A model generated the notes under the pieces. The model worked only from the letters and a program-made list of their open reading frames with translations, was not told the DNA's origin and did not search any database. A program made the position numbers and the translations under genes. Positions 9,306-17,979 of a stretch of 64,000 nucleotides of DNA are shown here, piece by piece (the first letter of the stretch is position 1; every line of letters starts with the position of its first letter). Source of the DNA: Escherichia phage AV126. The DNA lies in the sequence record OR352956.1; one strand, 5' to 3'.

Positions 9306-9743
9306 ATGTTTAAAGTTAATGCTGTTTACTGTTTCAAAAGTAAAGCTGCATGTGAAGCTTTCTCTATGATCTCTGATGAAAATTTCAAAATGGCAGCTTT
9401 GATTGAAGGGTCTTGTTTCCGCGTCGAAGATGTTAGTGAATCAGGGTCTGTTTGCTCATTGACTTTATTGGACAGCGGGGATATTATTGAAGCTGGACAG
9501 TATCCGTTCAGAAGTTGGGAGATATTGTTAGCTCGCGGAGAGCGTAACTTTTTTATGTGCGTGTCTGCGGGGGAAGTTGTGAAAGAAACTAAGGATGTTT
9601 CTGTTTACAATTCTGAATTTATAAGTTATAGTGAGTATCAACATCTGGAAGGCATTGTTGGTCACTTGTTATCTCTGATTGACATTGAATGTGACTTGCC
9701 TGAATCATTGAAAGAAGAGTTGAAAGCATTAGATCTGTTATAA
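9306..9743 (+). CDS. hypothetical protein (145 aa)
   Basis: AAGGAGA SD upstream. Confidence 0.55.
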   Translation: MFKVNAVYCFKSKAACEAFSMISDENFKMAALIEGSCFRVEDVSESGSVCSLTLLDSGDIIEAGQYPFRSWEILLARGERNFFMCVSAGEVVKETKDVSVYNSEFISYSEYQHLEGIVGHLLSLIDIECDLPESLKEELKALDLL

Positions 9744-9770
9744 TGTTTCGCACAACGAAAGGAGAATAAG

Positions 9771-10070
9771 ATGAATCTGACCGAACAGTTACGCCGTATT
9801 GCAAAAGAAGCTTCCTTCAACTTCCCTGTTGAAGAAGTGATCGAGACATGTTTTGCTGAAGCACGAGCGGGAAACTCTTCAAGAAATTTCACGCCATCTG
9901 ATTTTGGTCTGGATAACTCCCCTACCCACCCAGGGGAGATCTACAATCAGGTGAAGTGGATGGATGAAGCAGTAGCAATTCTTCGTGAGCGTGGGCTTAT
10001 TGTTTATAAAGAAATGGATCTGAACGGGGCATACGAGTGGATCACTATTGATTGGTCGGAGGTGAAATAA
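9771..10070 (+). CDS. hypothetical protein (99 aa)
   Basis: AAGGAGA SD upstream. Confidence 0.55.
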   Translation: MNLTEQLRRIAKEASFNFPVEEVIETCFAEARAGNSSRNFTPSDFGLDNSPTHPGEIYNQVKWMDEAVAILRERGLIVYKEMDLNGAYEWITIDWSEVK

Positions 10071-10279
10071 TGGTTACTATCACATTGACAGTTACACAAG
10101 AGCAAGCAGAAGAATTACGTGATGCACTGGCATATATGGGACGCGCTTATTATATGCCTCATAAATCTCAAGATGTTTTTGCTACAGCCGTTGAGAAAGC
10201 TTTAAACAAATACCGAGAAACTCATGCCGTTCCTAAAGTATCAGCAGAAGAGTTTGGCACTTGGCACGAAGTTCACTGA
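10070..10279 (+). CDS. hypothetical protein
   Basis: ORF 10052..10279 trimmed to ATG at 10070 (GGAGGTG SD, TAATG overlap). Confidence 0.5.
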   Translation: MVTITLTVTQEQAEELRDALAYMGRAYYMPHKSQDVFATAVEKALNKYRETHAVPKVSAEEFGTWHEVH

Positions 10280-10289
10280 GGAGGTTTCG

Positions 10290-10523
10290 ATGAAAGGTAA
10301 CAAGATGAAAGTTAGTCAAGTGCCGAGCGCATACACTTTGTGGCTTGCGCGAGCGTTACACCAGACGATCAAAAACCCTAAGAAGCCAATGAAGAGCGGG
10401 AAGAAGTTTATGTCTAAGGGCAAAACAACCTTTGGCTTCACTCGTATGTCTGTTAAGATGAAAAGACTGGGATACAAGCCAAACTACGCTCGTTACCCTT
10501 CCGAATACAACTGGTTTGACTAA
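10290..10523 (+). CDS. hypothetical basic protein
   Basis: ORF 10224..10523 trimmed to ATG at 10290 with GAGGAGG SD; Lys/Arg-rich. Confidence 0.5.
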   Translation: MKGNKMKVSQVPSAYTLWLARALHQTIKNPKKPMKSGKKFMSKGKTTFGFTRMSVKMKRLGYKPNYARYPSEYNWFD

Positions 10524-10536
10524 AAGGAGAAAGATT

Positions 10537-10713
10537 ATGGCTACTTTTCAACAATTGAAAGATGTTTCACGTTTAGTAAGAAAAATCCGAGAAGCAGACG
10601 CTGCTGTGCGGAATGCACTAACACCAGCAGAGCGTGAAGATCTTGAAGAGGAGGTGAAAACAGCCGAGAATGCTTTTGCTGCGTATCTTTCAACACTGTA
10701 CACAGGAGGTTAA
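10537..10713 (+). CDS. hypothetical protein
   Basis: ORF 10516..10713 trimmed to ATG at 10537 with AAGGAGA SD. Confidence 0.45.
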   Translation: MATFQQLKDVSRLVRKIREADAAVRNALTPAEREDLEEEVKTAENAFAAYLSTLYTGG

Positions 10714-11028
10714 ATGTCAGAAGAACTTAAAGAATTTTATCAGGCATATCATAACTGGCTGTTAGCTGGTGCTCCAGATAATAATCCTTTCTGGCATGAT
10801 AAAGGGTTATGTAGTTGCCTCTATCTTTGGTCTGGTGGTTATGATGACCTAAATTATGAAATGCAAATGCAATTCCGCGAAGCAGGTTTGTCTGAAGAAT
10901 ACCCGTTTGATGATGGGGATTGGTTTAAATATGATTTTGCACAAAGAAACGGGCTGCTACATTTAAATGCTGCCCGTATAAAATGGGTAAAAGATCATGC
11001 TACACAGGAGGATGTGCAATGCCTATAG
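10714..11028 (+). CDS. hypothetical protein, paralog family A (copy 2 of 5)
   Basis: AGGAGG SD; conserved GLC...YPF...WVKD pattern. Confidence 0.6.
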   Translation: MSEELKEFYQAYHNWLLAGAPDNNPFWHDKGLCSCLYLWSGGYDDLNYEMQMQFREAGLSEEYPFDDGDWFKYDFAQRNGLLHLNAARIKWVKDHATQEDVQCL

Positions 11029-11219
11029 TGTTTGTTTTCTTGGCAATTGTTATGGTTGTTCTTTTCGCCGCATGGCTTTGGGATTTTGACCCAGGAGCCG
11101 CGCAGCAAAGAGCTACAGACTTGAAAGAACAATGTATTGTGCTCAAACATGAACGAAATGCGGAGAAATTTCTTGACCTGGAGTGTGATCGCCTTGTAAG
11201 ATACAAGCAAGATAAATAA
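11019..11219 (+). CDS. hypothetical membrane protein
   Basis: ORF 10983..11219 trimmed to ATG at 11019 (AGGAGGA SD); hydrophobic N-terminal helix. Confidence 0.45.
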   Translation: MPIVFVFLAIVMVVLFAAWLWDFDPGAAQQRATDLKEQCIVLKHERNAEKFLDLECDRLVRYKQDK

Positions 11220-11233
11220 CTTTTAGGTGCAAA

Positions 11234-11422
11234 ATGGTAATTGAGATTAAACTTGAATATGCTGGGGCTGTTGCCTTGATCGCACAAATGCTTGGAGCAA
11301 AGATTGAAGAAGTGTATATCAACGCCTGGAGCGTAGAGATTGATGTTCCTATGGACAACATTGCTAATCGCTTGCTGGTGGCAGAGTGTGAACGCACCAA
11401 CATAATCTACAAAGGAGCATAA
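11234..11422 (+). CDS. hypothetical protein (62 aa)
   Basis: ORF in operon context. Confidence 0.45.
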   Translation: MVIEIKLEYAGAVALIAQMLGAKIEEVYINAWSVEIDVPMDNIANRLLVAECERTNIIYKGA

Positions 11423-11423
11423 T

Positions 11424-11645
11424 ATGAAAATTAGAGTTTGTGATGTATTGGGTTATGTTGGTTTTGAGAATGTTCAGATTCCTTTTGTTGTTGAAGCACA
11501 TCTTGTTAGTGAGGATATGACAACATTCTTTGTTACGATAGAAGAAATGTCCAAAGTTGAGGGATGGGAGTGGTTTGAAGAAGATGTTTGGGAAGGTTGT
11601 GATTACGTATTCTTCTCTGACGAAGTGAATGTTCTTGCGGAGTAG
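11424..11645 (+). CDS. hypothetical protein, paralog family B (copy 2 of 2)
   Basis: AAGGAG SD; EGWEWFEEDVWEGCDYVFF motif matches the ORF at 7715. Confidence 0.55.
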   Translation: MKIRVCDVLGYVGFENVQIPFVVEAHLVSEDMTTFFVTIEEMSKVEGWEWFEEDVWEGCDYVFFSDEVNVLAE

Positions 11646-11647
11646 GT

Positions 11648-11854
11648 ATGTCTTGTTTTACAAAAGCAGTGTCCATATGTAAGAAACAGTATGAAAGTGA
11701 TTACGGAATATTTAATATTCCAGTAGATCATACAGTGTATTGTTCATGTGGTGGCAGAATGAAGAAAACAGTGATTTATGCGGATAATGGAGATGAACTT
11801 GTTCCAGTTATGGTTTGCAAAGCTTGTCATTCTGTTAAAACATTAAAAGCGTAA
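11648..11854 (+). CDS. hypothetical zinc-ribbon-like protein (68 aa)
   Basis: Cys pairs CSCGG ... CKACH. Confidence 0.45.
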   Translation: MSCFTKAVSICKKQYESDYGIFNIPVDHTVYCSCGGRMKKTVIYADNGDELVPVMVCKACHSVKTLKA

Positions 11855-11950
11855 GGAGTCGGGACACCCGACGATTGGAGCTAAAAATTTTGCGTACAAC
11901 CCTTTCCGCCCAACAGGGGGCGCATCGGGTAAACAAAGAGGAGAGTTTAT

Positions 11951-12349
11951 ATGAAAAAGATTATCGTAGGTTTATTGTTACTCATTGCATCTCTTGGAAC
12001 AGCAAATGCATCTCAAGTTTATGAGTGTGTATCAGACGTAGTTGTTAAAAATCTGAAAGGTGAAGTGATTTCTGGCCCTAAGAAAATGGCTTCTGTTGTC
12101 ATTAATAAAGACAACTCCTTTATCCTTAAAAATTCGGGTGGTGCTTTGATGAGCGGTATTCTTCAAAACACAGGAGGAAAGAGTAAAGATGGAAGTTCTA
12201 TGTACGGTTCACAGCAGTTTATTGGCACTACCGAAGTTGTGATGATGCGCACAGAGTATCGAGATACTTTAGCTTGGTTTGCATTTCTAAAAAATGATAA
12301 AACAATAACGAATGTTCTTACTCTAGAAGCTGATTGTACGCAACGATAA
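11951..12349 (+). CDS. hypothetical secreted protein (signal peptide)
   Basis: MKKIIVGLLLLIASLGTANA leader; AGAGGAGAG SD. Confidence 0.55.
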   Translation: MKKIIVGLLLLIASLGTANASQVYECVSDVVVKNLKGEVISGPKKMASVVINKDNSFILKNSGGALMSGILQNTGGKSKDGSSMYGSQQFIGTTEVVMMRTEYRDTLAWFAFLKNDKTITNVLTLEADCTQR

Positions 12350-12358
12350 GGGGGATTT

Positions 12359-12805
12359 ATGACTAAAGTGAGGCATTACGCTGTAAACTGCAACGATGCT
12401 TGGCGTTTGTGTCCTGATGATCCTACAGAAGGGACATTTGTAAGATATGAGGATTATAAAGAGTTATCGGATGCTGTGATCGCATTGTTAACTGATATCC
12501 GTTCACGTTATCCAGGACAAGATTTCACTTGCCCTCACATCAAACTTCTTGCTTGTCTGGTAGAAGGTGAGAAAGAAGTGGAAGATGGCTTCAAGCGTGT
12601 AGAGTATCAAGGTGAAACTTTAGATGTTCCTGAGTTTGTTAATTATATTGCAACAGATTCGAGTGGCGAGCGTTATGGCTACAGCCATAAGCCAGAGATT
12701 CCTGATTGGATTCCCGCTTGGAGATATTCCGTTAGTACCGGAGACTATATCTTCCTTGGTGTAGGTAGTAGTAAGGATTGGCGTTTCTCTTTGACAGAGG
12801 TTTAA
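12359..12805 (+). CDS. hypothetical protein (148 aa)
   Basis: ORF in operon context. Confidence 0.5.
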   Translation: MTKVRHYAVNCNDAWRLCPDDPTEGTFVRYEDYKELSDAVIALLTDIRSRYPGQDFTCPHIKLLACLVEGEKEVEDGFKRVEYQGETLDVPEFVNYIATDSSGERYGYSHKPEIPDWIPAWRYSVSTGDYIFLGVGSSKDWRFSLTEV

Positions 12806-12809
12806 TAAT

Positions 12810-13073
12810 ATGGAAGAAACATTACCAGCAGCATATCGTTTGAATGATGAGCGTATTTGGGAGTGGACCGACGTTTCTTGTTTTTACCCTGAAATAGTTC
12901 AGTATTGGCGAGCGAAAGGGTGTATTGTGGTTATCAACCCTTGTGGACCAGTGGATGAAGATTGCTTGTATCTCGATGGAAAGTGGCACAGTTATTGTCG
13001 CTGGCCTTTTGAGTGGATGTGTAAAGAAGATCTCCCAGAGGGTTGGGAGTATCCAAAAGCAAATAGGAGATAA
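12810..13073 (+). CDS. hypothetical Cys/Trp-rich protein (87 aa)
   Basis: ORF in operon context. Confidence 0.5.
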   Translation: MEETLPAAYRLNDERIWEWTDVSCFYPEIVQYWRAKGCIVVINPCGPVDEDCLYLDGKWHSYCRWPFEWMCKEDLPEGWEYPKANRR

Positions 13074-13074
13074 T

Positions 13075-13437
13075 ATGTCTAAAGATTTTGTTGAAGTGTT
13101 TGTCAAAGATGAAGAAACTGGTTTAGGCACGGGTTTCATTTGTGAAGAAACTTTTAAACGTGAACAAGAAAAAGCTATCCTTATGCGAAACTATGATCAT
13201 GCATTAGAACAATGGAAAAATGCAGAACAAAAATGCAAAAACCTTTATGCAGAAAATAGAAAACTACAAGATCAAATGGAGTTGTTAGCTATCAGTTTAC
13301 GATCTCTCATTTTGGCTGTAGAAGACGGTTTTAAAAATCCAGATGGTTTTCCTGTGAGCGATATTGAACATGATTTGTATCTTGCTCGTGGTGCTTACTT
13401 TTATGTTAAACAGAAGTCTGTAGAAGGAGAGAAGTGA
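13075..13437 (+). CDS. hypothetical protein
   Basis: ORF 12925..13437 trimmed to ATG at 13075 with AGGAGA SD. Confidence 0.5.
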   Translation: MSKDFVEVFVKDEETGLGTGFICEETFKREQEKAILMRNYDHALEQWKNAEQKCKNLYAENRKLQDQMELLAISLRSLILAVEDGFKNPDGFPVSDIEHDLYLARGAYFYVKQKSVEGEK

Positions 13438-13634
13438 TGGAAGAAAAACTGGAACGTATTATCGAGTTAGCCATGTCTATTGGCTACGACGATTGTTTTC
13501 TCCAAACTATTGGAGAAACACAGAACGATTACGACTCTTGGGTGAAAGAGTTGGAAGAACTCAAAACTTCCTTGATTGCTGACTTTGCTGAAGCAGAGGA
13601 TAGAGCGGATCGTTACAACTATCTGTGTCGATAA
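13434..13634 (+). CDS. hypothetical protein (66 aa)
   Basis: ATGA-coupled to upstream gene. Confidence 0.5.
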   Translation: MMEEKLERIIELAMSIGYDDCFLQTIGETQNDYDSWVKELEELKTSLIADFAEAEDRADRYNYLCR

Positions 13635-13695
13635 ACCTTGACATTTCTTTTATGTATGGTATACATACATTATCAACACAGATAAGGAGAGAAAA

Positions 13696-14040
13696 ATGAT
13701 TAAACTTTTATGTGCAGAGTCTTCTGTCGAGTTCCTTAAAGAGGGTAAGCAGTATCTAGCTTCCCAAGTTATAGATAATCCAGGTTTGTTTTATATTACA
13801 GACGAAGAAGGGGATACCCTGTGTATCTCTTTGATTATGGATTGTGGTCGGTTTCATGTAATTGAGGATGACACTATTCGTCTCTTTGAGGTTTCCTACA
13901 CAAAAGACAATGGTCCTGTCCGTAAATATCAAATTCCCGCAAAATCCGCCTTTAACGCATGTGTACGATTAGGTCAAATCTACGGGGACGATAAAGATTG
14001 TCGTGAAGACGTGTTTATCAATGTGATCGAGGTAAAATAA
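13696..14040 (+). CDS. hypothetical protein (114 aa)
   Basis: AAGGAGAG SD; TTGACA promoter-like motif upstream at 13638. Confidence 0.55.
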   Translation: MIKLLCAESSVEFLKEGKQYLASQVIDNPGLFYITDEEGDTLCISLIMDCGRFHVIEDDTIRLFEVSYTKDNGPVRKYQIPAKSAFNACVRLGQIYGDDKDCREDVFINVIEVK

Positions 14041-14366
14041 TGAAAACAAGTAAAGATTTGATGGAGTTTTATAAAATTTATCTAGCATGGATTGATGTTG
14101 GTGCTCCTGATGGTAAACCTTTTCGGCGGGATTGTGGTTTGTGTGCCAACTTGTTCGATTATGTGCACAGAGGTAATTACAACCCCATTATAACAACCTT
14201 ATCAGATGAAATGCACGCACAGTTTTACCATAAAAGGTTGAATCAAGGACTCCCTTTCAATGAGAACTACGATGCATATGTCTTAGAGTCAGATGCAGAT
14301 GCCTGTCACCTGAACGTGGACAGAATTAATTGGGTAAGAGATCGTATTGCAGAGGAGGATGAATAA
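14040..14366 (+). CDS. hypothetical protein, paralog family A (copy 3 of 5)
   Basis: conserved GLC...LPF...H.N.DRI.WV.DR pattern. Confidence 0.6.
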   Translation: MKTSKDLMEFYKIYLAWIDVGAPDGKPFRRDCGLCANLFDYVHRGNYNPIITTLSDEMHAQFYHKRLNQGLPFNENYDAYVLESDADACHLNVDRINWVRDRIAEEDE

Positions 14367-14593
14367 TGTCGGATTATAACTGGTATGAACTTGAAGCTGT
14401 TTGTCAGTTTTATGATTCAATAGTTCTGCGTGATCCAATCTGTCAAGAATTGAGTCGCCGTGCAAGTGCATTGGCAATCCGTGTTAAAATAAATGGTTGG
14501 AACCCAGACTTGGAAAAAGAGTTGGAATTTCTCTTAGAAACAACACGTGTCTTCCACAAAGTGTTCCCTGAATGGTTCGAGATGGAAGAATGA
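14366..14593 (+). CDS. hypothetical protein (75 aa)
   Basis: GGAGGA SD; coupled start. Confidence 0.5.
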   Translation: MSDYNWYELEAVCQFYDSIVLRDPICQELSRRASALAIRVKINGWNPDLEKELEFLLETTRVFHKVFPEWFEMEE

Positions 14594-14811
14594 TCATGTG
14601 GATTGTACGTCTTAAATATGATGGCCCTGATCCTTGGGTGCATAACGTTTGCGGTTGTGATTCCGAACAAGCAGCACATAAAGCAGGAAGAGCAGTAAGT
14701 GCCTTCTATAATGACAAACCTCTTTGTTTAGAAATGGCAGGTGTGGTTTGTATGAGTATGTTCGAATACTACTCTTATGAAATCAAAGAACACCAAGGGG
14801 AATGGAAATAA
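14590..14811 (+). CDS. hypothetical protein
   Basis: ORF 14572..14811; start placed at ATG 14590, but 14572 is also possible. Confidence 0.4.
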   Translation: MIMWIVRLKYDGPDPWVHNVCGCDSEQAAHKAGRAVSAFYNDKPLCLEMAGVVCMSMFEYYSYEIKEHQGEWK

Positions 14812-14815
14812 ATCG

Positions 14816-14844
14816 TTGACAGAAGGATCTGTCTTTGTCATAAT
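14816..14844 (+). promoter_or_regulatory. sigma70-like promoter (TTGACA - 17 nt - CATAAT)
   Basis: consensus -35 with 17 nt spacer upstream of gene 14874. Confidence 0.55.
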
Positions 14845-14873
14845 CATCTCATCGAAACAAAGAGGAGAAAATC

Positions 14874-15287
14874 ATGAAAAAGTTTATTTGCACCCGTTCC
14901 ACTAACAGTGATATCCTTGTAGGTAAGGTTATCAAAGGAGAACTCTTCCATGCAAATGGTAAGAAATATATCCTGCTGAAAGATTCTTTCAACGGGGAAT
15001 ATCCGCGCTGCACTTTCTTCAATTACAACACTCCATTTGCTTTAGAAGGAGATGCTTGGGAATGGGCTGAACTCAATCCTTGTTGTGAGGAAGAAGAATC
15101 TATGTTCTTAGGTTTAAACGTTTACCGTGTAGATTACACCATGTGCGGAGCGGAACATTCTGTTCGCGTAGAAGCCGAATCCAAACTACAAGCACCTTTC
15201 AAGGCGGGGTTGACTTTGGGTCATTGTTTGGCAAACATTGAAGATGTTGTGATCCAAAGAGTTGTTTTAGAGAAAGAGGCTATTTGA
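14874..15287 (+). CDS. hypothetical protein (137 aa)
   Basis: AGAGGAGA SD; own promoter. Confidence 0.55.
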   Translation: MKKFICTRSTNSDILVGKVIKGELFHANGKKYILLKDSFNGEYPRCTFFNYNTPFALEGDAWEWAELNPCCEEEESMFLGLNVYRVDYTMCGAEHSVRVEAESKLQAPFKAGLTLGHCLANIEDVVIQRVVLEKEAI

Positions 15288-15340
15288 TAGAAGACGGTGC
15301 AATATTTAAAATATAAAAATTAACCACAAAGGAGATAGAT

Positions 15341-15640
15341 ATGCAAGTTGAAGACCTGATCAACATTCTGAATAAAGCCAAAGAGAAAGGGGCTATTAAG
15401 GACTGGAAACGTGAAACAAGTGAAGACCTATCTCACTGTTGCCGAGAATTTTACATCGAAGGTATTGCTGACGATCATTATATTATCGAATGGTATATCA
15501 ACTTAATGACTCTTAAGCACGGTTCGTTTGAGGTTTGGTTTGATGACATTGATGTAAATGGTTTTCATCCTGGCTATAAAATTGCTATGCAGTTATCTTA
15601 TCGTAGAGAAGTTGTAGCACATTTGGGTTTACATAACTAA
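15341..15640 (+). CDS. hypothetical protein (99 aa)
   Basis: AAGGAGA SD. Confidence 0.55.
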   Translation: MQVEDLINILNKAKEKGAIKDWKRETSEDLSHCCREFYIEGIADDHYIIEWYINLMTLKHGSFEVWFDDIDVNGFHPGYKIAMQLSYRREVVAHLGLHN

Positions 15641-15650
15641 GGAGAAAAGA

Positions 15651-15974
15651 ATGCAAGCAGTTGTTAACGAAGCTATTATGAACTTATCCTTCTTGTTAGC
15701 TGGTTTAGGAGGTGTTCTCATAGGTTTGGCTCTTATCTGGTGTATTCGTCGATTAATCGGGTACCGACAAAAAGGTGTTTCATGTTTTGTATCTTACAAT
15801 TTTACAACTGCTTACAGCAATGAGGTTGGATCTGGTAATGCTCAAGCATTTTTACCAACATATCCTCCTACAGTAGAAGATATTCGAAACTTGGAAGTAG
15901 AACTTATGGGACTAGGTGATAACTATACATCTCTAGTTATTCAAAATATTTTTCGACTAAAACAGGAGGCGTGA
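15651..15974 (+). CDS. hypothetical membrane protein (107 aa)
   Basis: AAGGAGA SD; N-terminal transmembrane segment. Confidence 0.5.
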   Translation: MQAVVNEAIMNLSFLLAGLGGVLIGLALIWCIRRLIGYRQKGVSCFVSYNFTTAYSNEVGSGNAQAFLPTYPPTVEDIRNLEVELMGLGDNYTSLVIQNIFRLKQEA

Positions 15975-16187
15975 ATGAAGGTACATTACCCTCATCCCTT
16001 TGATCCTAAAAACAAAGCCGTAATTCTTCGTCAGTGGCAACGGGTTTGCCGTACTAAATGTCCAATCAATAGCCCACACAATGTAGACAAGGACTATCTT
16101 GGGACATTTATTGAATACACTTACATAGACAAAAACAAGCGTAAACAACATGTCGAGGAATACTGCTTAAGAGTAGAATGGCTGTAA
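15975..16187 (+). CDS. hypothetical protein (70 aa)
   Basis: AGGAGG SD. Confidence 0.5.
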   Translation: MKVHYPHPFDPKNKAVILRQWQRVCRTKCPINSPHNVDKDYLGTFIEYTYIDKNKRKQHVEEYCLRVEWL

Positions 16188-16199
16188 ATAATAAATACC

Positions 16200-16228
16200 T
16201 TGACAAGTGTTTATTCGTTTTGTAAAGT
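16200..16228 (+). promoter_or_regulatory. sigma70-like promoter (TTGACA - 17 nt - TAAAGT) upstream of the recombinase gene
   Basis: consensus -35, 17 nt spacer; partial palindrome AATAAATAC / GTGTTTATT flanks the -35. Confidence 0.5.
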
Positions 16229-16257
16229 GAGAATACAGCAATGGTTTAGGAGTGGTT

Positions 16258-16929
16258 ATGAAAAAGTTTGTTGTTTACAGTCGTCTTTCTAAACAGAAAA
16301 AAGGTGAGGCACAATATGGTATGGAGAGCCAAGAGAATGATATCCGTTACTTCTTAGACTCTGTGCCTGATGCGGAAGTTATTGGTCAATTTTCTGAATA
16401 CTATTCGGGTAAGGGTGATTGGAAGCAACGTAAGGAACTGGTTAAAGCGGTTGAAATGTGTAAAGCTACCGGAGCAACTTTATTGGTAGCTAAAGTTGAC
16501 CGCTTGGGTCGTAACAACGCCTCCGTAGCAACTCTTCTAGAAATGATCGATGTTAAGATAGCCATCATGCCAGACGCAGATAAAATGGTTATACAGCTTC
16601 TGTCTGTTCTGGCTGAACAAGAAGTTAGAGGTATTGCTGATCGTATTAAAAAGGGTCTTGCTGTAGCAAAAAGCAAAGGTGTTTTATTAGGCAGTGCTAA
16701 TCCTAAAACTGCCGCTGCACGTAGAAAAGGAAAAATGGAATACAACTCTGTTAAAGCAGACGCTTTTGCAGAGACATTCCGTGAACGCTTGGAGATCCTT
16801 AGAGATTTAAATACACCTTACAAAACTATTGCTGAAAAATTCAATAGTAAGAAAATAGCAACAGCACGTGGTGGTAAATGGGATGCTAAAACTGTTTCTC
16901 GTTTGTGTGCCAGACTGAACATTAAATAG
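16258..16929 (+). CDS. serine recombinase (resolvase/invertase family)
   Basis: N-terminal catalytic YSRLS serine motif, LLVAKVDRLGRN resolvase signature, C-terminal HTH-like tail; AGGAGTGG SD. Confidence 0.7.
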   Translation: MKKFVVYSRLSKQKKGEAQYGMESQENDIRYFLDSVPDAEVIGQFSEYYSGKGDWKQRKELVKAVEMCKATGATLLVAKVDRLGRNNASVATLLEMIDVKIAIMPDADKMVIQLLSVLAEQEVRGIADRIKKGLAVAKSKGVLLGSANPKTAAARRKGKMEYNSVKADAFAETFRERLEILRDLNTPYKTIAEKFNSKKIATARGGKWDAKTVSRLCARLNIK

Positions 16930-16937
16930 GAGAGGAT

Positions 16938-17360
16938 ATGAAACAAGAAAATGAATCTGTAGATCACTTAATCATGCTGTCAGCCCTTTTTGCCGGATGG
17001 AACGTATTTTTTGAAAATTTGTTCAATTCTGCTACAGATGGTTCCGATTTTATGCGCCAGTTTAAACGACGAACTGTTGAGGACTATGCTTTCTATTCAG
17101 GTCGGATTGAAAAAGGTTACGAAGATACAAATACAACACTCACCATTAAAGTTTTAGATGTGATGTTTAGTGTTATAGATGCTATCGACGAAAGTCTTCC
17201 GATCCTAGACAATTGTAATACGAAAGCCTATGTTTACAAAATAGCTCGTGCTTATGTGTCTGCAAACAGTTGTCTTCTTTCCGCCCAGATTGCCGTGAAC
17301 AATCTTGCCAACTTGTTCGATGAAGGAGAAACTTTTTATGACAATCGATTTGAAGTGTAA
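16938..17360 (+). CDS. hypothetical protein (140 aa)
   Basis: AGGAGAGGA SD. Confidence 0.5.
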   Translation: MKQENESVDHLIMLSALFAGWNVFFENLFNSATDGSDFMRQFKRRTVEDYAFYSGRIEKGYEDTNTTLTIKVLDVMFSVIDAIDESLPILDNCNTKAYVYKIARAYVSANSCLLSAQIAVNNLANLFDEGETFYDNRFEV

Positions 17361-17703
17361 GAGGATTCTTTTAGATTTCTATAATAATTGGTTAGAACAC
17401 CTCCGTCTCTTTCCAAGAGAAAGTGGTTACGCTGATGTTGGCTTATGCCGAGGTCTACGTATGTATATAAGTGATGAATTTCGGGCCGAGCATTCTTTAG
17501 CATATTCTGTTTATGGTATGCAATTAGCCAGTTTTGAAAACGCTGGCTTAGATACAACTTTCCCATTTAACACAGCAAAATCTTTTGAGCAAGAGTGTAA
17601 GGAAAAACGTTGCATGTTTAATGAAAAACGTGTACAGTGGGTTAAGGATCGAGTTAAACAACTGGAACAAGAGTTGGATTTCTTCTATGATGAGGCAGAA
17701 TAA
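17338..17703 (+). CDS. hypothetical protein, paralog family A (copy 4 of 5)
   Basis: ORF 17305..17703 trimmed to ATG at 17338 (GAAGGAGA SD); conserved GLC...FPF...WVKDR pattern. Confidence 0.55.
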   Translation: MTIDLKCKRILLDFYNNWLEHLRLFPRESGYADVGLCRGLRMYISDEFRAEHSLAYSVYGMQLASFENAGLDTTFPFNTAKSFEQECKEKRCMFNEKRVQWVKDRVKQLEQELDFFYDEAE

Positions 17704-17975
17704 TGGATAGACAAACCTTAAAAACAATGGCAGATGCCACTAATTCCCCGTACTTTGAAAAAGTAAGTAAATTGGTAGCTCAAGCCGCAGAGGAAGGATA
17801 TTATAACATAAACATCCACAACCCAAGTCTTATACTAGAAATGCCAAGTGATAAGAAGATACAAGAGAGTATCTGTGAAGGTATTGTTAGTTACTGGCGC
17901 GAGCGTGGGTGTGGTGCAAACATGGCTTTAGACAGTGCAAACATTGTAAGATATATAAATATTTCTTGGGGGTGA
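17703..17975 (+). CDS. hypothetical protein (90 aa)
   Basis: coupled start. Confidence 0.5.
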   Translation: MDRQTLKTMADATNSPYFEKVSKLVAQAAEEGYYNINIHNPSLILEMPSDKKIQESICEGIVSYWRERGCGANMALDSANIVRYINISWG

Positions 17976-17979
17976 TTTT

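Noticed and set aside
16258-16929. Interpreting the serine recombinase as evidence of a temperate, integrating element
   Set aside because: It is a small resolvase/invertase-type enzyme without the large C-terminal domain of serine integrases; no attachment site, repressor or excisionase context was seen, and the rest of the window looks like a virulent phage.
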